From contig JACPTC010000017.1 in the NCBI GenBank assembly GCA_016192985.1, positions 65,766 to 129,765 of the forward strand: a DNA stretch of 64,000 nucleotides, in the 5' to 3' direction. The notes beneath the pieces are model-generated. The model was not told the DNA's origin and ran no database searches. It saw only the letters and a program-made list of their open reading frames with translations. The position numbers and the translations under genes are program-made. The stretch is from Candidatus Woesearchaeota archaeon (GTDB lineage Archaea; Nanobdellota; Nanobdellia; Woesearchaeales; GW2011-AR4). Below, in pieces: positions 10,198 to 20,956 of this stretch (its first letter is position 1; each line of letters starts with the position of its first letter).

Positions 10198-10734
10198 ATG
10201 GAAGAAAATAAACCATTTTACGATAAGAAATCACTAAAAAATTTTAAATCAAAAAAAATACTGGATTTGGCAGCTGCAAAAACAAAAATATTCAGGATCA
10301 AGGGCAGGGGTAAGACAGCGGGCTTGTGCCATGGTGGCTTTGACCTTTTGCACCCCGGACATATAAGGCATTTTGAAAGCGCAAAAAAACTTTGCGATTG
10401 CCTGTTTGTCTCAGTAACATCCGATAGGTTTGTTTCAAAATTGAAGGGGAATGGCAGGCCAATATTCACAGACAAACTCAGGGCATATGCTGTTGCAGGC
10501 ATAGAATTTGTGGATTATGTTGTAATCAGCGATTTTAAAACTGGTGTTGAAGTTATAAGACTCCTAAGGCCCAGCTATTACATAAAAGGCCCTGATTATA
10601 TTGATAAAAACGACATGGCGTTAAAAGAAGAGATTTCTGCCATAAATTCTGTGGGCGGAGCCATAAAATACACTAATGACCCTAAGTTTTCAACCACAAA
10701 AATAATAAAATATATCAAGGAACACTTTGATTGA
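10198..10734 (+). CDS. Cytidylyl/adenylyltransferase (RfaE/HldE domain II-like)
   Basis: HGGFDLLHPGH (HxGH), KGNGRPIF, KGPDY. Confidence 0.88.
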   Translation: MEENKPFYDKKSLKNFKSKKILDLAAAKTKIFRIKGRGKTAGLCHGGFDLLHPGHIRHFESAKKLCDCLFVSVTSDRFVSKLKGNGRPIFTDKLRAYAVAGIEFVDYVVISDFKTGVEVIRLLRPSYYIKGPDYIDKNDMALKEEISAINSVGGAIKYTNDPKFSTTKIIKYIKEHFD

Positions 10735-10760
10735 ATCGCTGCAAAGAAGCCAAATTTATT

Positions 10761-11477
10761 CTAAAACCTCTCTAAGATTTTATACCTTACGAAAAGTTTT
10801 GCAACTGTTTTTATGACTCCAAACACATTATGTGGCATGAAAATATTTATTGACATCTGCTTTTTATGCATCTGCATTGGAACTTCCTTGTAAGTATACC
10901 CCTGATGTAGGAACTGGATAATAATCTCTGCAAATAATGCGCAGCTGTTTGTTGTCATTTTTATATTTTTAAGGAGCTTCCTCCTGCAAAGATTCAATCC
11001 CAGATAATAATTTATGTTCTGCCCGAATAGGAAGTTTGTCGCGCCTGTAAATGCGCCTGAAATTACCCTCCTGTACAAAGGGCGCACTTTTTTGTTTTCA
11101 ATGTATGTTATGATTAAATCAGCTTCACCTGCATGCTTAATAAGCGCCCTTATAGACTCTTCTTTAATCTCATTGTCGCCTGGAACTCTTGTCACGTAGT
11201 CTTTTGTGGCCAATTCCAAACCTTTCTTATACGAGAAGCCCATTCCCTTGTTGGTTTTTGAATGAAACACTTTAATTCTGTTGTCATCCTTTTTCAGCTT
11301 GTCTGCTATTTCCGCTGTTTTGTCGCTGCTGCCGTCATTTACAATTATTATCTCGTATTCGTCAATAAGGCCATTTACTGCTTTCTTTACAGTATTTACA
11401 GTATCTTTTAGATTCCTCTCTTCATTGAAAGCAGGCACAATTATACTTAAAGAATATCTTGACTTTTTTTTTGCCAT
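10761..11477 (-). CDS. GT2 glycosyltransferase
   Basis: IVPAFNEE, VNDGSSDKT. Confidence 0.9.
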   Translation of the reverse strand: MAKKKSRYSLSIIVPAFNEERNLKDTVNTVKKAVNGLIDEYEIIIVNDGSSDKTAEIADKLKKDDNRIKVFHSKTNKGMGFSYKKGLELATKDYVTRVPGDNEIKEESIRALIKHAGEADLIITYIENKKVRPLYRRVISGAFTGATNFLFGQNINYYLGLNLCRRKLLKNIKMTTNSCALFAEIIIQFLHQGYTYKEVPMQMHKKQMSINIFMPHNVFGVIKTVAKLFVRYKILERF

Positions 11478-11489
11478 TTCAAATTTTGA

Positions 11490-12728
11490 TTACCTGTTTC
11501 TGAAATCTTCCATCGTTTCAGTTAAAGCATCTATAACTCTTTTTATCTCCCACTCCCTCATCTGAGGGGAAATTGGCAGGCTCAGCTGCTCGTTAAACCA
11601 GGCACGCTCAAGATTAGGACATTCACCCATGCCATGGCCCCTCATGCGCATTATGCCGCCTAGGTGCATTGGCCAAAACCTTATTACGATGTGTATGTTG
11701 TATTTTTCCTCTATATATTTAACCAAATCGTTCCTGTTGATTTCACCTCCATAATCCAAGAAAAAAGTAAAAAGGTGCCATGCATGTTTACACCCTGGCA
11801 GAATCTTTACTTTTCTTAAGCCTTTAATATTATCGATAGCATCATTGTATCTATTGGCAATATTTTCCCTGATAGAATTAAATCTGTCAAGCTTCTTTAG
11901 TTGCACTCTGCCTACTGCCGCTTGCGGTGTAGACATCCTGTAAGTTTTTCCAACCTCCATTATGCTTTTCCACTCATAGTCCCATGCGTCTCCTGGGTGC
12001 ATGAATGCAACTGATTTCGGCTTTGGATAGTCACCAAGATTTGACGCCTGCCTTTTTATTCGCTCTCCATAAGGGAAATTTGTGCGCAATCCTTGTGCAA
12101 TCTCATGCCATTCCCTTCTATTTGATACAATCATGCCTCCTTCGCCAAGTGTTGTAATGTTCTTAAGAGTTGAAAATGAAAAGCACGCAATATCGCTGTC
12201 GCTGCCTATCTTTTTCCCTTTGTATTCTGCCCCAAGCGCATGGGCAGCGTCCTCGATTACAACTATACCATGCCTATGTGCAATTTCTCTTATTGGGACA
12301 ATATCTGCAGGATTACCACCATGATGAGTTATATATATCGCTTTTGTCTTTTCTGTAATTAAGGACTCTATCTTGTCCGCATCTATGTTTAGTGAGTCAG
12401 GATCCACATCTGCAACCTTAATGGTTACATTGCGCTCAAGAAGAGGAGCGTAAGCAGCCCAGAACGAGTTGCCCTGGCAAATAACCTCATCCTTGTCAGT
12501 CAGGTTTAAAATCTGCATAGCTATATGGAGGGCAGCACCGCATGAGCTTACTGCAACAGCATGCTTCACATTGCAGTATTCCGCAAATTCCTTTTCAAAC
12601 AATTCAACTTCTGGACCTCTTGTTAATGGCTGTCCAGATTCAATAACCCTTTTTATGGCATCAAGCTCTTCCTGCCCTAATATAGAACCAACAGGGTATT
12701 CTTCTATCTTAGGGCTTGCTTCTTTCAT
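11490..12728 (-). CDS. DegT/DnrJ/EryC1/StrS aminotransferase
   Basis: IEDAAHALG, FSFSTLKNITTLGEGGM. Confidence 0.9.
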   Translation of the reverse strand: MKEASPKIEEYPVGSILGQEELDAIKRVIESGQPLTRGPEVELFEKEFAEYCNVKHAVAVSSCGAALHIAMQILNLTDKDEVICQGNSFWAAYAPLLERNVTIKVADVDPDSLNIDADKIESLITEKTKAIYITHHGGNPADIVPIREIAHRHGIVVIEDAAHALGAEYKGKKIGSDSDIACFSFSTLKNITTLGEGGMIVSNRREWHEIAQGLRTNFPYGERIKRQASNLGDYPKPKSVAFMHPGDAWDYEWKSIMEVGKTYRMSTPQAAVGRVQLKKLDRFNSIRENIANRYNDAIDNIKGLRKVKILPGCKHAWHLFTFFLDYGGEINRNDLVKYIEEKYNIHIVIRFWPMHLGGIMRMRGHGMGECPNLERAWFNEQLSLPISPQMREWEIKRVIDALTETMEDFRNR

Positions 12729-13381
12729 TTTTCCAAATCTTTTTCTTTAAAAATATGCAGTACATACTTATTTCCCATATGCACAAAGAAAGCAGGATAG
12801 CGTTTGTTGTCCACAACCCTAAGCAGATTAAACTGCTCACGTATTGTCTTGTCTATATTAAGCTCACTATCCTTTAAAGTTCTTCTCTTGCAAAAGGTGG
12901 GATTGCCAGCTTGCTTTTTTGGCTTTAAATTGGGATAAGAATCTAAAAACCTCAAAACAAGCTCAAATACCTTAAAAGTTTGCTTATGCCTGATTTCGTC
13001 ACTTAGCTCGTGGCCTTCAAAAATTATAGGCTCCTGAAAATAATAGTCACCGCTATCAATTTTTTCTGCTGCCTCAAATAAAGTGATGTAAATAACATTT
13101 TTTCCTTCAAGTATTTGATTGACAAGAGCAGCGCTTCCTCTCCCTTCTGGCAGTTTGCTTGGATGCACCACTATATTGTGCTTGTTAAGCCCCAGCATCT
13201 TATTTGACAATATTGAATTGCAGCCCAGAATAAACAATATGTCCCCTTTCTTTATGTGAGCAGGGTTGGAAATGAATTCCAATTCATGCCCTCGGCCTTT
13301 AATATTCTTAATAAGCTCCGAAACATAGTCATTGAGGTAGCTGTCTTTGTTGTCAATCATTACAGTTATTTTTAATGGCAT
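12725..13381 (-). CDS. Formyltransferase-family protein (sugar N-formyltransferase-like)
   Basis: VVHPSKLPEGRGSA, IDSGD, LRVVDNKRYPAFF. Confidence 0.8.
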   Translation of the reverse strand: MPLKITVMIDNKDSYLNDYVSELIKNIKGRGHELEFISNPAHIKKGDILFILGCNSILSNKMLGLNKHNIVVHPSKLPEGRGSAALVNQILEGKNVIYITLFEAAEKIDSGDYYFQEPIIFEGHELSDEIRHKQTFKVFELVLRFLDSYPNLKPKKQAGNPTFCKRRTLKDSELNIDKTIREQFNLLRVVDNKRYPAFFVHMGNKYVLHIFKEKDLEK

Positions 13382-13471
13382 TTTGCGTCACAAAGCACTT
13401 ATTACACAAAAATCAAATCCCCTATTTAAATATAACTGGCATATTATAGAACCTAGAACCCTAAAAATACC

Positions 13472-14524
13472 TCAGTCCCCCACAGGCTCCAAGCCATCAT
13501 AAACCCTTTGAATAAACTTCAACAATTTCTCCTTTGTTATGCTCTCCTTATTTCCGATAATGTTTACTGCAATGCCCCCAACACAGTTTGATATAAATGG
13601 CACAAGCTCCTTTGGAATGCCCTTATAAGTAAGCAAAGACATTATCGAAAAAACTGCATCGCCAGCCCCAACTGTATCAATTACCCTGTGCGTTAAAATA
13701 GGGCATTTGAGGATTTCCTCTGAGTTATCCATGTAAGCGCAACCCTTGCTTCCAAGAGTTATCAGGATTTTGTCTGCAATCCCCATTTTTGCTAGCCTAA
13801 TCATCATTGTATCAATGCTTTCAAACCTGCTTACTAAAGCAAGCTTCATTTCGTTTTCATCCATGCTTGTAAAATTAACATGCCCATATTTGGTTATAAA
13901 ATTAAACCCGTAGTTTGAGCTGTTTGTCTGCACATTTAATGTGATATATTTGGAATACTTCTCAAGCGTTCTAATGATTTTATCGGTGATAAAGCCATGC
14001 CCAAAATCACCTACTACAACCAAATCATATTTTGGCAATTCCTTTTTAAGAGCGTCTATTATCTCGCTCTCTAGTTTTTCGCTTATCGGCACATCATTTA
14101 TGTGCTCTATTTTGAAGAGCTTATGCCCCCTTGCATAATCTATAAACCTAGTCTTTACAGTTGTTGAAGCGTCATTTTTAACAAAGAATTTTGCATTTAT
14201 ATTCCTGTTCAATGAATCTTTAATAAAATCTGCCCTGGAATTAGTATCTCCCATCAAGCTGATAAGGCTTACCTTGTTTGTAAAATTGCTTATATGGTTT
14301 GCAATAATAAGAATTCCTCCTAAGTAAACCTCATGATTCAGATAATCTACAGACATTATAGGGTCTTTTATAGCCCTCCCTTTAGGAACTGTAAAGTGGT
14401 ACTCATCAATTATGGCATCTCCTATTAGCAAAACCTTTAAATCGTCCAAGCCTTCAAGCAGTGCATTCACATCCTCAACAATAAACTTGGATTTTATTTT
14501 CTGGACATACTCTTCATTATCCAT
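13472..14524 (-). CDS. PfkB-family sugar kinase (RfaE/HldE domain I-like); start at ATG 14524
   Basis: IGDAIIDEY, DFGHG, DTVGAGD. Confidence 0.85.
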   Translation of the reverse strand: MDNEEYVQKIKSKFIVEDVNALLEGLDDLKVLLIGDAIIDEYHFTVPKGRAIKDPIMSVDYLNHEVYLGGILIIANHISNFTNKVSLISLMGDTNSRADFIKDSLNRNINAKFFVKNDASTTVKTRFIDYARGHKLFKIEHINDVPISEKLESEIIDALKKELPKYDLVVVGDFGHGFITDKIIRTLEKYSKYITLNVQTNSSNYGFNFITKYGHVNFTSMDENEMKLALVSRFESIDTMMIRLAKMGIADKILITLGSKGCAYMDNSEEILKCPILTHRVIDTVGAGDAVFSIMSLLTYKGIPKELVPFISNCVGGIAVNIIGNKESITKEKLLKFIQRVYDGLEPVGD

Positions 14525-14608
14525 TTCAATGAAATGAAATCCTAATTTATTTATAAAACATTTGGAATTAGTATAAATATATAAACCGATTTCCATATAC
14601 CATTAAAA

Positions 14609-15649
14609 ATGGCAGACAAACAGAAAAGGGCGATTGTAACAGGAGGGGCAGGATTCATAGGTTCGCATATGACAGAGCTTTTGTTAAGCAGGGAATATAA
14701 GGTTATTTCGATAGATGACTTGTCAAATGGACAGCAGGAAAATATTGACATTTTCACGGATAATAAAAATTATGAATTCTTAAAAATTGATTTGTCACAG
14801 AAATTTGACGACTCGCTGTTTAAGGGCACTACTTACGTATTTCATATGGCTGCTCTTGCAGACATAGTTCCATCAATACAAAAACCATTGAAATACCACA
14901 ATGCAAACGTCAACGGCACAATAAATGTTCTTGAAGCGTGCAGGAGACATAGAGTTAAAAAATTAATTTACAGCGCATCATCATCTTGCTATGGAATCCC
15001 TGACATATACCCAACATCAGAGAATGCAGAAATGAGGCCACAATATCCATACGCATTCACAAAACTTATTGCAGAACAGTATGTATTATTCTGGCATAAG
15101 CTATATAAACTGCCAGTGGTGTCATTAAGGTACTTCAATGTTTATGGAACAAGAGCGAGGACAAATAACACCTATGGTGCGGTTTTTAAGGTTTTTTTGT
15201 CTCAGAAACTGCACAACAAGCCCTTGACTGTTGTCGGAGATGGCAGACAGACAAGAGACTTCGCTTATGTTACAGATGTTGCTAAGGCCACTTTAATCGC
15301 CGCAGAGTCCGATATAGTGGGCGAAGTTATAAACATAGGCACAGGAGCCCCAAAATCCGTCAATTATCTTGCAAAACTTATCGGCGGCAAAACAATACGG
15401 ATTCCAAAAAGACCAGGAGAGCCGGAATCAACGCATGCAGATATTAAAAAAGCAAAAAATTTGCTGAAGTGGATGCCAGAGGTGACATTTGAGGAGGGAG
15501 TTCAAATCATGCTTAACAATATAGGATACTGGAAAAACGCGCCTCTCTGGGACAAGAAATCAATCAAAAGCGCAACAAGGACATGGTTCAAGTACCTATC
15601 TAAACAAGGTGGTAAAAAATCAAAAGCAGATTATTTAATACAGTACTAA
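14609..15649 (+). CDS. NAD-dependent epimerase/dehydratase
   Basis: VTGGAGFIGS, YPYAFTK (YxxxK), LRYFNVYG. Confidence 0.92.
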   Translation: MADKQKRAIVTGGAGFIGSHMTELLLSREYKVISIDDLSNGQQENIDIFTDNKNYEFLKIDLSQKFDDSLFKGTTYVFHMAALADIVPSIQKPLKYHNANVNGTINVLEACRRHRVKKLIYSASSSCYGIPDIYPTSENAEMRPQYPYAFTKLIAEQYVLFWHKLYKLPVVSLRYFNVYGTRARTNNTYGAVFKVFLSQKLHNKPLTVVGDGRQTRDFAYVTDVAKATLIAAESDIVGEVINIGTGAPKSVNYLAKLIGGKTIRIPKRPGEPESTHADIKKAKNLLKWMPEVTFEEGVQIMLNNIGYWKNAPLWDKKSIKSATRTWFKYLSKQGGKKSKADYLIQY

Positions 15650-16614
15650 TTACGGGTGGCTCTGGCTATGTTGGCAGCGCCTTAGTTCCAAAACTGCTTT
15701 CCCACGGATATAAAGTAATTGTATATGATTTGTACATCTATGGAGATGTTTTTTCTGATATAAAAAACCCAAACCTTATTGAGATAAAAGGAGACATAAG
15801 AAACCAAGATATTCTTATAAATGCTGCTAGAGGCGCTGATGCAATTATACACCTTGCATGCATTTCCAATGACCCAAGCTTCGAGCTTGACCCAGCAGTA
15901 GGCAAATCAATAAATTATGATGCGTTTTACAATGTCTTGGAAGCGGCAAAAGCCAATAAGGTGAAAAGACTGATTTATGCAAGCACATCAAGTGTCTATG
16001 GGATTAAGTCCGAAAAGGATGTTATCGAAACAGCTTCATTGGAGCCGCTGACAGATTACTCTAAATACAAGGCAGAATGCGAGAGAGCGCTTGCAGATTT
16101 TAATGGTGGCTTTGAATGGGCCATAATTAGGCCTGCTACTGTTTGCGGTTATGCAAGAAGGCTAAGGCTTGATTTGGTTGTCAATATCATGACAATCAAT
16201 GCCCTAGTCAATAGGAAAATAAAGATTTTCGGCGGCGAACAGCTGAGGCCAAACATAAACATACTAGATATGGTGAGAGTATACGAGCTTTTTTTGTCAG
16301 CTTCAAGCGAAAAGATAGATGGCCAGACTTTCAATGCGGGATTTCAAAACCTTTCACTAATTGAAATTGCTAAACTTGTGAAAAAAGTATGCAATCAAGA
16401 TACGCCAATAGAAATCGTACCTACAAACGACAAGAGATCTTACCACATCAATTCTGACAAGATAAAAAAGGTCATGGGCTTTAAAACAAAATTCACTGTT
16501 GAAGACGGGATCAGAAGCCTGATTGGAGCTTTCAATAAAGGACTGATAAAAGACGGCTTGAGTAATCCACTATATCACAATATCAAGAGAATGCAGGAAG
16601 TCCAGTTGAAATAA
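15619..16614 (+). CDS. NAD-dependent epimerase/dehydratase; N-terminus extends upstream of the ORF-track start, with a probable ATC start
   Basis: Same frame reads IKSRLFNTVLITGGSGYVGS upstream of 15730; YSKYK motif; in-frame TAA at 15613-15615. Confidence 0.8.
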   Translation: MKSRLFNTVLITGGSGYVGSALVPKLLSHGYKVIVYDLYIYGDVFSDIKNPNLIEIKGDIRNQDILINAARGADAIIHLACISNDPSFELDPAVGKSINYDAFYNVLEAAKANKVKRLIYASTSSVYGIKSEKDVIETASLEPLTDYSKYKAECERALADFNGGFEWAIIRPATVCGYARRLRLDLVVNIMTINALVNRKIKIFGGEQLRPNINILDMVRVYELFLSASSEKIDGQTFNAGFQNLSLIEIAKLVKKVCNQDTPIEIVPTNDKRSYHINSDKIKKVMGFKTKFTVEDGIRSLIGAFNKGLIKDGLSNPLYHNIKRMQEVQLK

Positions 16615-16641
16615 CCCAAATTTTGATGTTTTAATCATACA

Positions 16642-18546
16642 ATGATAGAAATAGTCTACCTAATTTTTTTGATGCTGGTTTCAATTGCACTAGGCCAGTG
16701 GATTTTAAAACTATTAAAGGTAAGCTTTTCCTCCTATTTGGAAGAGTTTGTTTTTTCCTTGCCGCTTGGATTGTCCACTTTGGCTTATACCACTTTTTTA
16801 ATAGGAATTGTGGGGTTTTTATACAAGCCAGTCATAATCCTAATATTGGCTGTACTTTTTGTTATTCTGTTCCGCGACATAAAAAGATGCTTGTCAAATA
16901 TTGCTAACACCCTAAAAAAATTCAATTCAAAGTCATTGATAAACAAATATTATATCGGGTTTGATTTTTATTCTATTCTTATTGTTTTTATTGTGTTTTT
17001 TGCCATCTTCAATTTTGTGCTTAGTTTTACCCCGCCATGGCATTTTGACGTGCTTGCATACCATCTGGCTGTGCAAAAACTCTACCTTAATGCCCACAAG
17101 ATCATTTATTTGCCTTATCTTTTCTTCTCTAACCTGCCATCATTGGTTGATTGGATATACCTTATTGGCCTTGTACTGCATAATGGCATATTGTCCAATC
17201 TGCTCGGCTACTCTCTTGGAATAGTCTTTATTTTGGCAATTTACTCATTTTGCAGGAAATTCTTCAATCATAGAATTGCTTTGCTGTCATCATTAATTTT
17301 TTACAGCATTCCAATGGTCTCAATGCTAGCAAAAACAGCGCACATAGACGTACAGTTTGCCTTATTTATATTTCTGGCCATATACGCTTTGTTTTCCTAC
17401 TTTTCATCTAAGAGCAATAAATGGCTTGCTTTATGCGCAGTTTTTTCAGGTTTGGGAGCATCAACAAAGATATTCGGCGCAGCAGCTGTTCTGGGAATTT
17501 TATTATTGCTTCTCTTAAATATGGCATCAAGAACAGCAAGCAATGGAATTGGATGGAGGCAATTTTTATTGAGACTAGCCATGTTTGGCGTCATTGCCAT
17601 ATTCGTAACTTCTCCATGGCTTTTGAAAAACTACTTCTTCACAGGGAATCCATTCTGGCCTGCGCTAAATAACATTTTTCATGGCAAATACTGGGATGAA
17701 AATCATCAGGAAGACCTTTCAAAGATGATAAATCTTAGAAAGCCAAGCTTGGCAAACTATGCAAGGCTGCCATGGGATATACACACTCAGGCAGGCAAGA
17801 GTGCAGGAAATATAGATGAAGATTTGGAGATTGGGCCATTCCTGCTTGCCTTTTTGCCAATTTATCTGTTGCTAAGCAAAAAGAACAAAATCATAAACCA
17901 GATGCTTCTTCTAGTTTTTATTTATCTGAGCATCTGGTTTTTCTTATCGCATGTCCTTAGGTATGTGATATTCATAATGCCTTTGGTAGCAATAATCTCA
18001 GCTTATGTATGTGAGGAACTTCTTAACAACTTCCGCATATCAGCAATCCTGAAGGCACTTCTTGTCTTTACTTTCAGCTTTAACCTAATATTCTTGATTC
18101 TATCAACTGCAAAAGAACTGCCTGTTGCAATAGGGTTTGAAACAAAAGACGCTTTTTATTCAAAGTATCCAGGAGCAATATACAAGGCTTCAAAGTTCGT
18201 CAATTCCAACCTGCCTGAAAACTCAAAAATTTTGCTTTTTAGGGATACAAGAGGTTACTTCCTTGACAGGGACTATGTATGGGGTGATCCTTTAATGCAA
18301 TTGTATATTGACTATTCAAAATTCAAGAATGAAGACGAGCTTTATGAAGAGCTGAAAAGCAAAGGCATAACCCATATACTGGCTAACACAAGGTTTAGTT
18401 GGAGTAATGTGCTTCAAGATGTTGTAGCAAATGACTACAGGTATAACAAGAGAATATTAGGCTTGATGGATAATCTATTAATAAAACATACCGTTAATAT
18501 TTACGATAATGAAGGCATTTTGATAAACAGAATGAAAAATGAATAA
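16642..18546 (+). CDS. GT-C (ArnT/PMT-like) membrane glycosyltransferase
   Basis: Multi-TM; DVLAYHL loop motif; PWLLKNYFFTGNPFWP. Confidence 0.75.
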   Translation: MIEIVYLIFLMLVSIALGQWILKLLKVSFSSYLEEFVFSLPLGLSTLAYTTFLIGIVGFLYKPVIILILAVLFVILFRDIKRCLSNIANTLKKFNSKSLINKYYIGFDFYSILIVFIVFFAIFNFVLSFTPPWHFDVLAYHLAVQKLYLNAHKIIYLPYLFFSNLPSLVDWIYLIGLVLHNGILSNLLGYSLGIVFILAIYSFCRKFFNHRIALLSSLIFYSIPMVSMLAKTAHIDVQFALFIFLAIYALFSYFSSKSNKWLALCAVFSGLGASTKIFGAAAVLGILLLLLLNMASRTASNGIGWRQFLLRLAMFGVIAIFVTSPWLLKNYFFTGNPFWPALNNIFHGKYWDENHQEDLSKMINLRKPSLANYARLPWDIHTQAGKSAGNIDEDLEIGPFLLAFLPIYLLLSKKNKIINQMLLLVFIYLSIWFFLSHVLRYVIFIMPLVAIISAYVCEELLNNFRISAILKALLVFTFSFNLIFLILSTAKELPVAIGFETKDAFYSKYPGAIYKASKFVNSNLPENSKILLFRDTRGYFLDRDYVWGDPLMQLYIDYSKFKNEDELYEELKSKGITHILANTRFSWSNVLQDVVANDYRYNKRILGLMDNLLIKHTVNIYDNEGILINRMKNE

Positions 18547-18661
18547 CAAGCTGAAAAGCGCTTTTACATTGCTGTGGATACTGTTTTTCTACCTATCACA
18601 CTATTATTTTGTAATAAAGAAATACCTCATTCTTGTACCAAACTACATAAAATTTTTTTAG
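18539..18661 (+). CDS. Putative 40-aa single-TM small protein (not in ORF track)
   Basis: ATG overlaps the end of the upstream gene; MNNKLKSAFTLLWILFFYLSHYYFVIKKYLILVPNYIKFF fills the gap exactly. Confidence 0.4.
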   Translation: MNNKLKSAFTLLWILFFYLSHYYFVIKKYLILVPNYIKFF

Positions 18662-19650
18662 TCTCCTAAAACACCTATGCTCCTGTAATATTTTATTGCT
18701 CTTTTTACAGACTCATTTAGTGGAATTTTCGGCTTCCATCCTAATCTTCTCGCTTTGCTGTTGTCAAAATATTTATAGTTAAAGTGCCATCTTACTGATT
18801 CTGTTGTGAGTGGCGGTTCATCAATTAAATTCTGGAAAAAAGCGCCTAACAGATACATCGGATAATAAGAAACCCTAGGCAACATGAAGCGTATCTTTGG
18901 CTTTTTGAGGAGCTTCGCAATAAGATTATAGAAATCATAAATCCTTGCATTGTTGGTGCTGAGTATATACCTTTCCCCCACCACGCCTTTTTCCATGACA
19001 AGAATCAAGCCATCAACTATGTCTTCCACCGCGACATTTCCGCCACCGCCAGGATAAACAAATTTTATTCGGCCTTGGTATATGCTTTGATACAATCCAA
19101 ACCTTCTTTTGTCAACCTCACCGGCTCCTATAACATAGGACGGGTTTGCAATGACCGCTTTAAGCCCTCTTCCGACATAATACTTTACTTTGTCTTCAGC
19201 AAGCTTTTTAGACTGGGCATATAGGTTATCCTTGAAGTCAAGATTGTAATTCTCATTTAATTTTATCTTCCCGCTTTTTGCGAATCCAAACACAGAGCTG
19301 GAACTTACATTGACCACCTTTTTGACATCTGATTTCAGGCACGCTTTCATAACATTCTCTGTTCCCAAAATATTCGTGCTGAATATTTCATTCTTGCGCT
19401 TTGGACTGCTCAATGTGCATGCTGCCAAATGGAATAGATAATCCGAGCCCCTGACGGCATTTAACACGGACTTGTAATTCCTTATGTCACCTTTTATTTT
19501 TTTTATCTTAAGACCACTTAGAAACGGATGATTTATGTCTCTGGCGAAAACAGTTATTTCGTTTTTGCCGTCATAAAGCTTTCTTACTAGGTTGGCTCCT
19601 ATAAACCCGGAGCCCCCTGTAACCACTATTTTACCTTGGATTTTGCCCAT
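18658..19650 (-). CDS. NAD-dependent epimerase (dihydroflavonol reductase/HpnA-like)
   Basis: VTGGSGFIG, YAQSK, ANPSYVIG. Confidence 0.85.
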   Translation of the reverse strand: MGKIQGKIVVTGGSGFIGANLVRKLYDGKNEITVFARDINHPFLSGLKIKKIKGDIRNYKSVLNAVRGSDYLFHLAACTLSSPKRKNEIFSTNILGTENVMKACLKSDVKKVVNVSSSSVFGFAKSGKIKLNENYNLDFKDNLYAQSKKLAEDKVKYYVGRGLKAVIANPSYVIGAGEVDKRRFGLYQSIYQGRIKFVYPGGGGNVAVEDIVDGLILVMEKGVVGERYILSTNNARIYDFYNLIAKLLKKPKIRFMLPRVSYYPMYLLGAFFQNLIDEPPLTTESVRWHFNYKYFDNSKARRLGWKPKIPLNESVKRAIKYYRSIGVLGD

Positions 19651-19779
19651 ATTTCCTGTCCCTAAATCTCTAACAAATAAAAATATCTGCTCAGTTCCTC
19701 TATTTAAAAATTTTATCGCTTTTCTGTTCTAAATTCTAAATAGAAATATTTATATATAAGATTCCCAAGGTTTTGGAAT

Positions 19780-20829
19780 GTGGACTTGCAAAGCGTCGTA
19801 GGTTTAGAAAAGATTTTGAGCTCTACAGGTGCGCCTACGAGAATTATTCTAGGAAATGATGTTGTTTATGCTAACCCTGCTTTTCTCAGATTATTGGGGA
19901 TTGAAGAAGCTCATGCGCTCGGACCATGGAGGCATAATTTAGTTGCTGAGGATGTGCCCGGAGCCGTTGCAGGAATGGAGCTTATCATGTCCGGTAAGGA
20001 ATCTCATGCAGAATATGTGTATAGGATGGCTGATGCAAGCGGAAGAACAAAATATTTTAAAGTTTTTGCCTCTGAAGTGGCTTATGACAACCAGCTTGCT
20101 GTTATGGAAACTCTTTTTGATGTTACAGAATATGCACATGCAGCAGAAAGACAACTTGCGGCAATTGCGCATGAGCTGCGTACGCCTTTAAATATTGTAA
20201 GGCTAACCGCATCTGTATTGGAAAGGATTGACCCAAGCGACCCAAAGTTTATGAAACTTCTGAATCGCATAGCTCCCAATGCAGAACGAATGGCAGAAAC
20301 AATTGAAACTCTTATGGCTTTGGCACGCGCTGAACACGATATTAACAAAGAGCACGTTAATTTGACAAAAATGGCTTATATGACTATGGAGCGCCTTATG
20401 CAGCAAGATCCAAAGCGAAATGTGCAATACTCTATCCAAGATGGAGTTGAAGCAAGTGGCGACAAAAGTTTGCTAGGCGTAGTTTTAACGAACTTGCTGG
20501 GAAACGCTTGGAAATACACAAGCAGAATAACTGATGGGCCAGCCTTAATAGAGTTTGGCTGTCGTCCATACAATGGTAATGACACAAGTCATAGTGGAGA
20601 CTGGGCATATTTTGTTCGTGACAATGGCGCTGGATTTGATCCGGCTACTGCTCAAAACTTATTTGGTTTTGGTCAACGCCTGCATTCTGAGCAACAATTT
20701 AAAGGAAACGGAATCGGGCTTAATACGGTAAAAAAAATAATAGAGTGCCACGGCGGCAAAATATGGGCTGAAGGCGCTGTTGGCAAAGGCGCGACTTTCT
20801 ACTTTACACTGCCTTTAGGTCAATCTTAA
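19780..20829 (+). CDS. PAS-domain sensor histidine kinase
   Basis: PAS (YANPAF), H-box AHELRTPL, N-box NLLGNAWKY, G1 DNGAGF, G2 GNGIGL. Confidence 0.93.
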   Translation: MDLQSVVGLEKILSSTGAPTRIILGNDVVYANPAFLRLLGIEEAHALGPWRHNLVAEDVPGAVAGMELIMSGKESHAEYVYRMADASGRTKYFKVFASEVAYDNQLAVMETLFDVTEYAHAAERQLAAIAHELRTPLNIVRLTASVLERIDPSDPKFMKLLNRIAPNAERMAETIETLMALARAEHDINKEHVNLTKMAYMTMERLMQQDPKRNVQYSIQDGVEASGDKSLLGVVLTNLLGNAWKYTSRITDGPALIEFGCRPYNGNDTSHSGDWAYFVRDNGAGFDPATAQNLFGFGQRLHSEQQFKGNGIGLNTVKKIIECHGGKIWAEGAVGKGATFYFTLPLGQS

Positions 20830-20956
20830 TAAACTCAAAACCATTTGACAGAGAACAGCTTGTGTTATACTATCCTATTATTTGTCAGTAGCAGCATAAT
20901 CCATTTTCTGATTATAAAAAGATTTAAAAGATGGCTTAGTCGTATGAGATAAAGAA

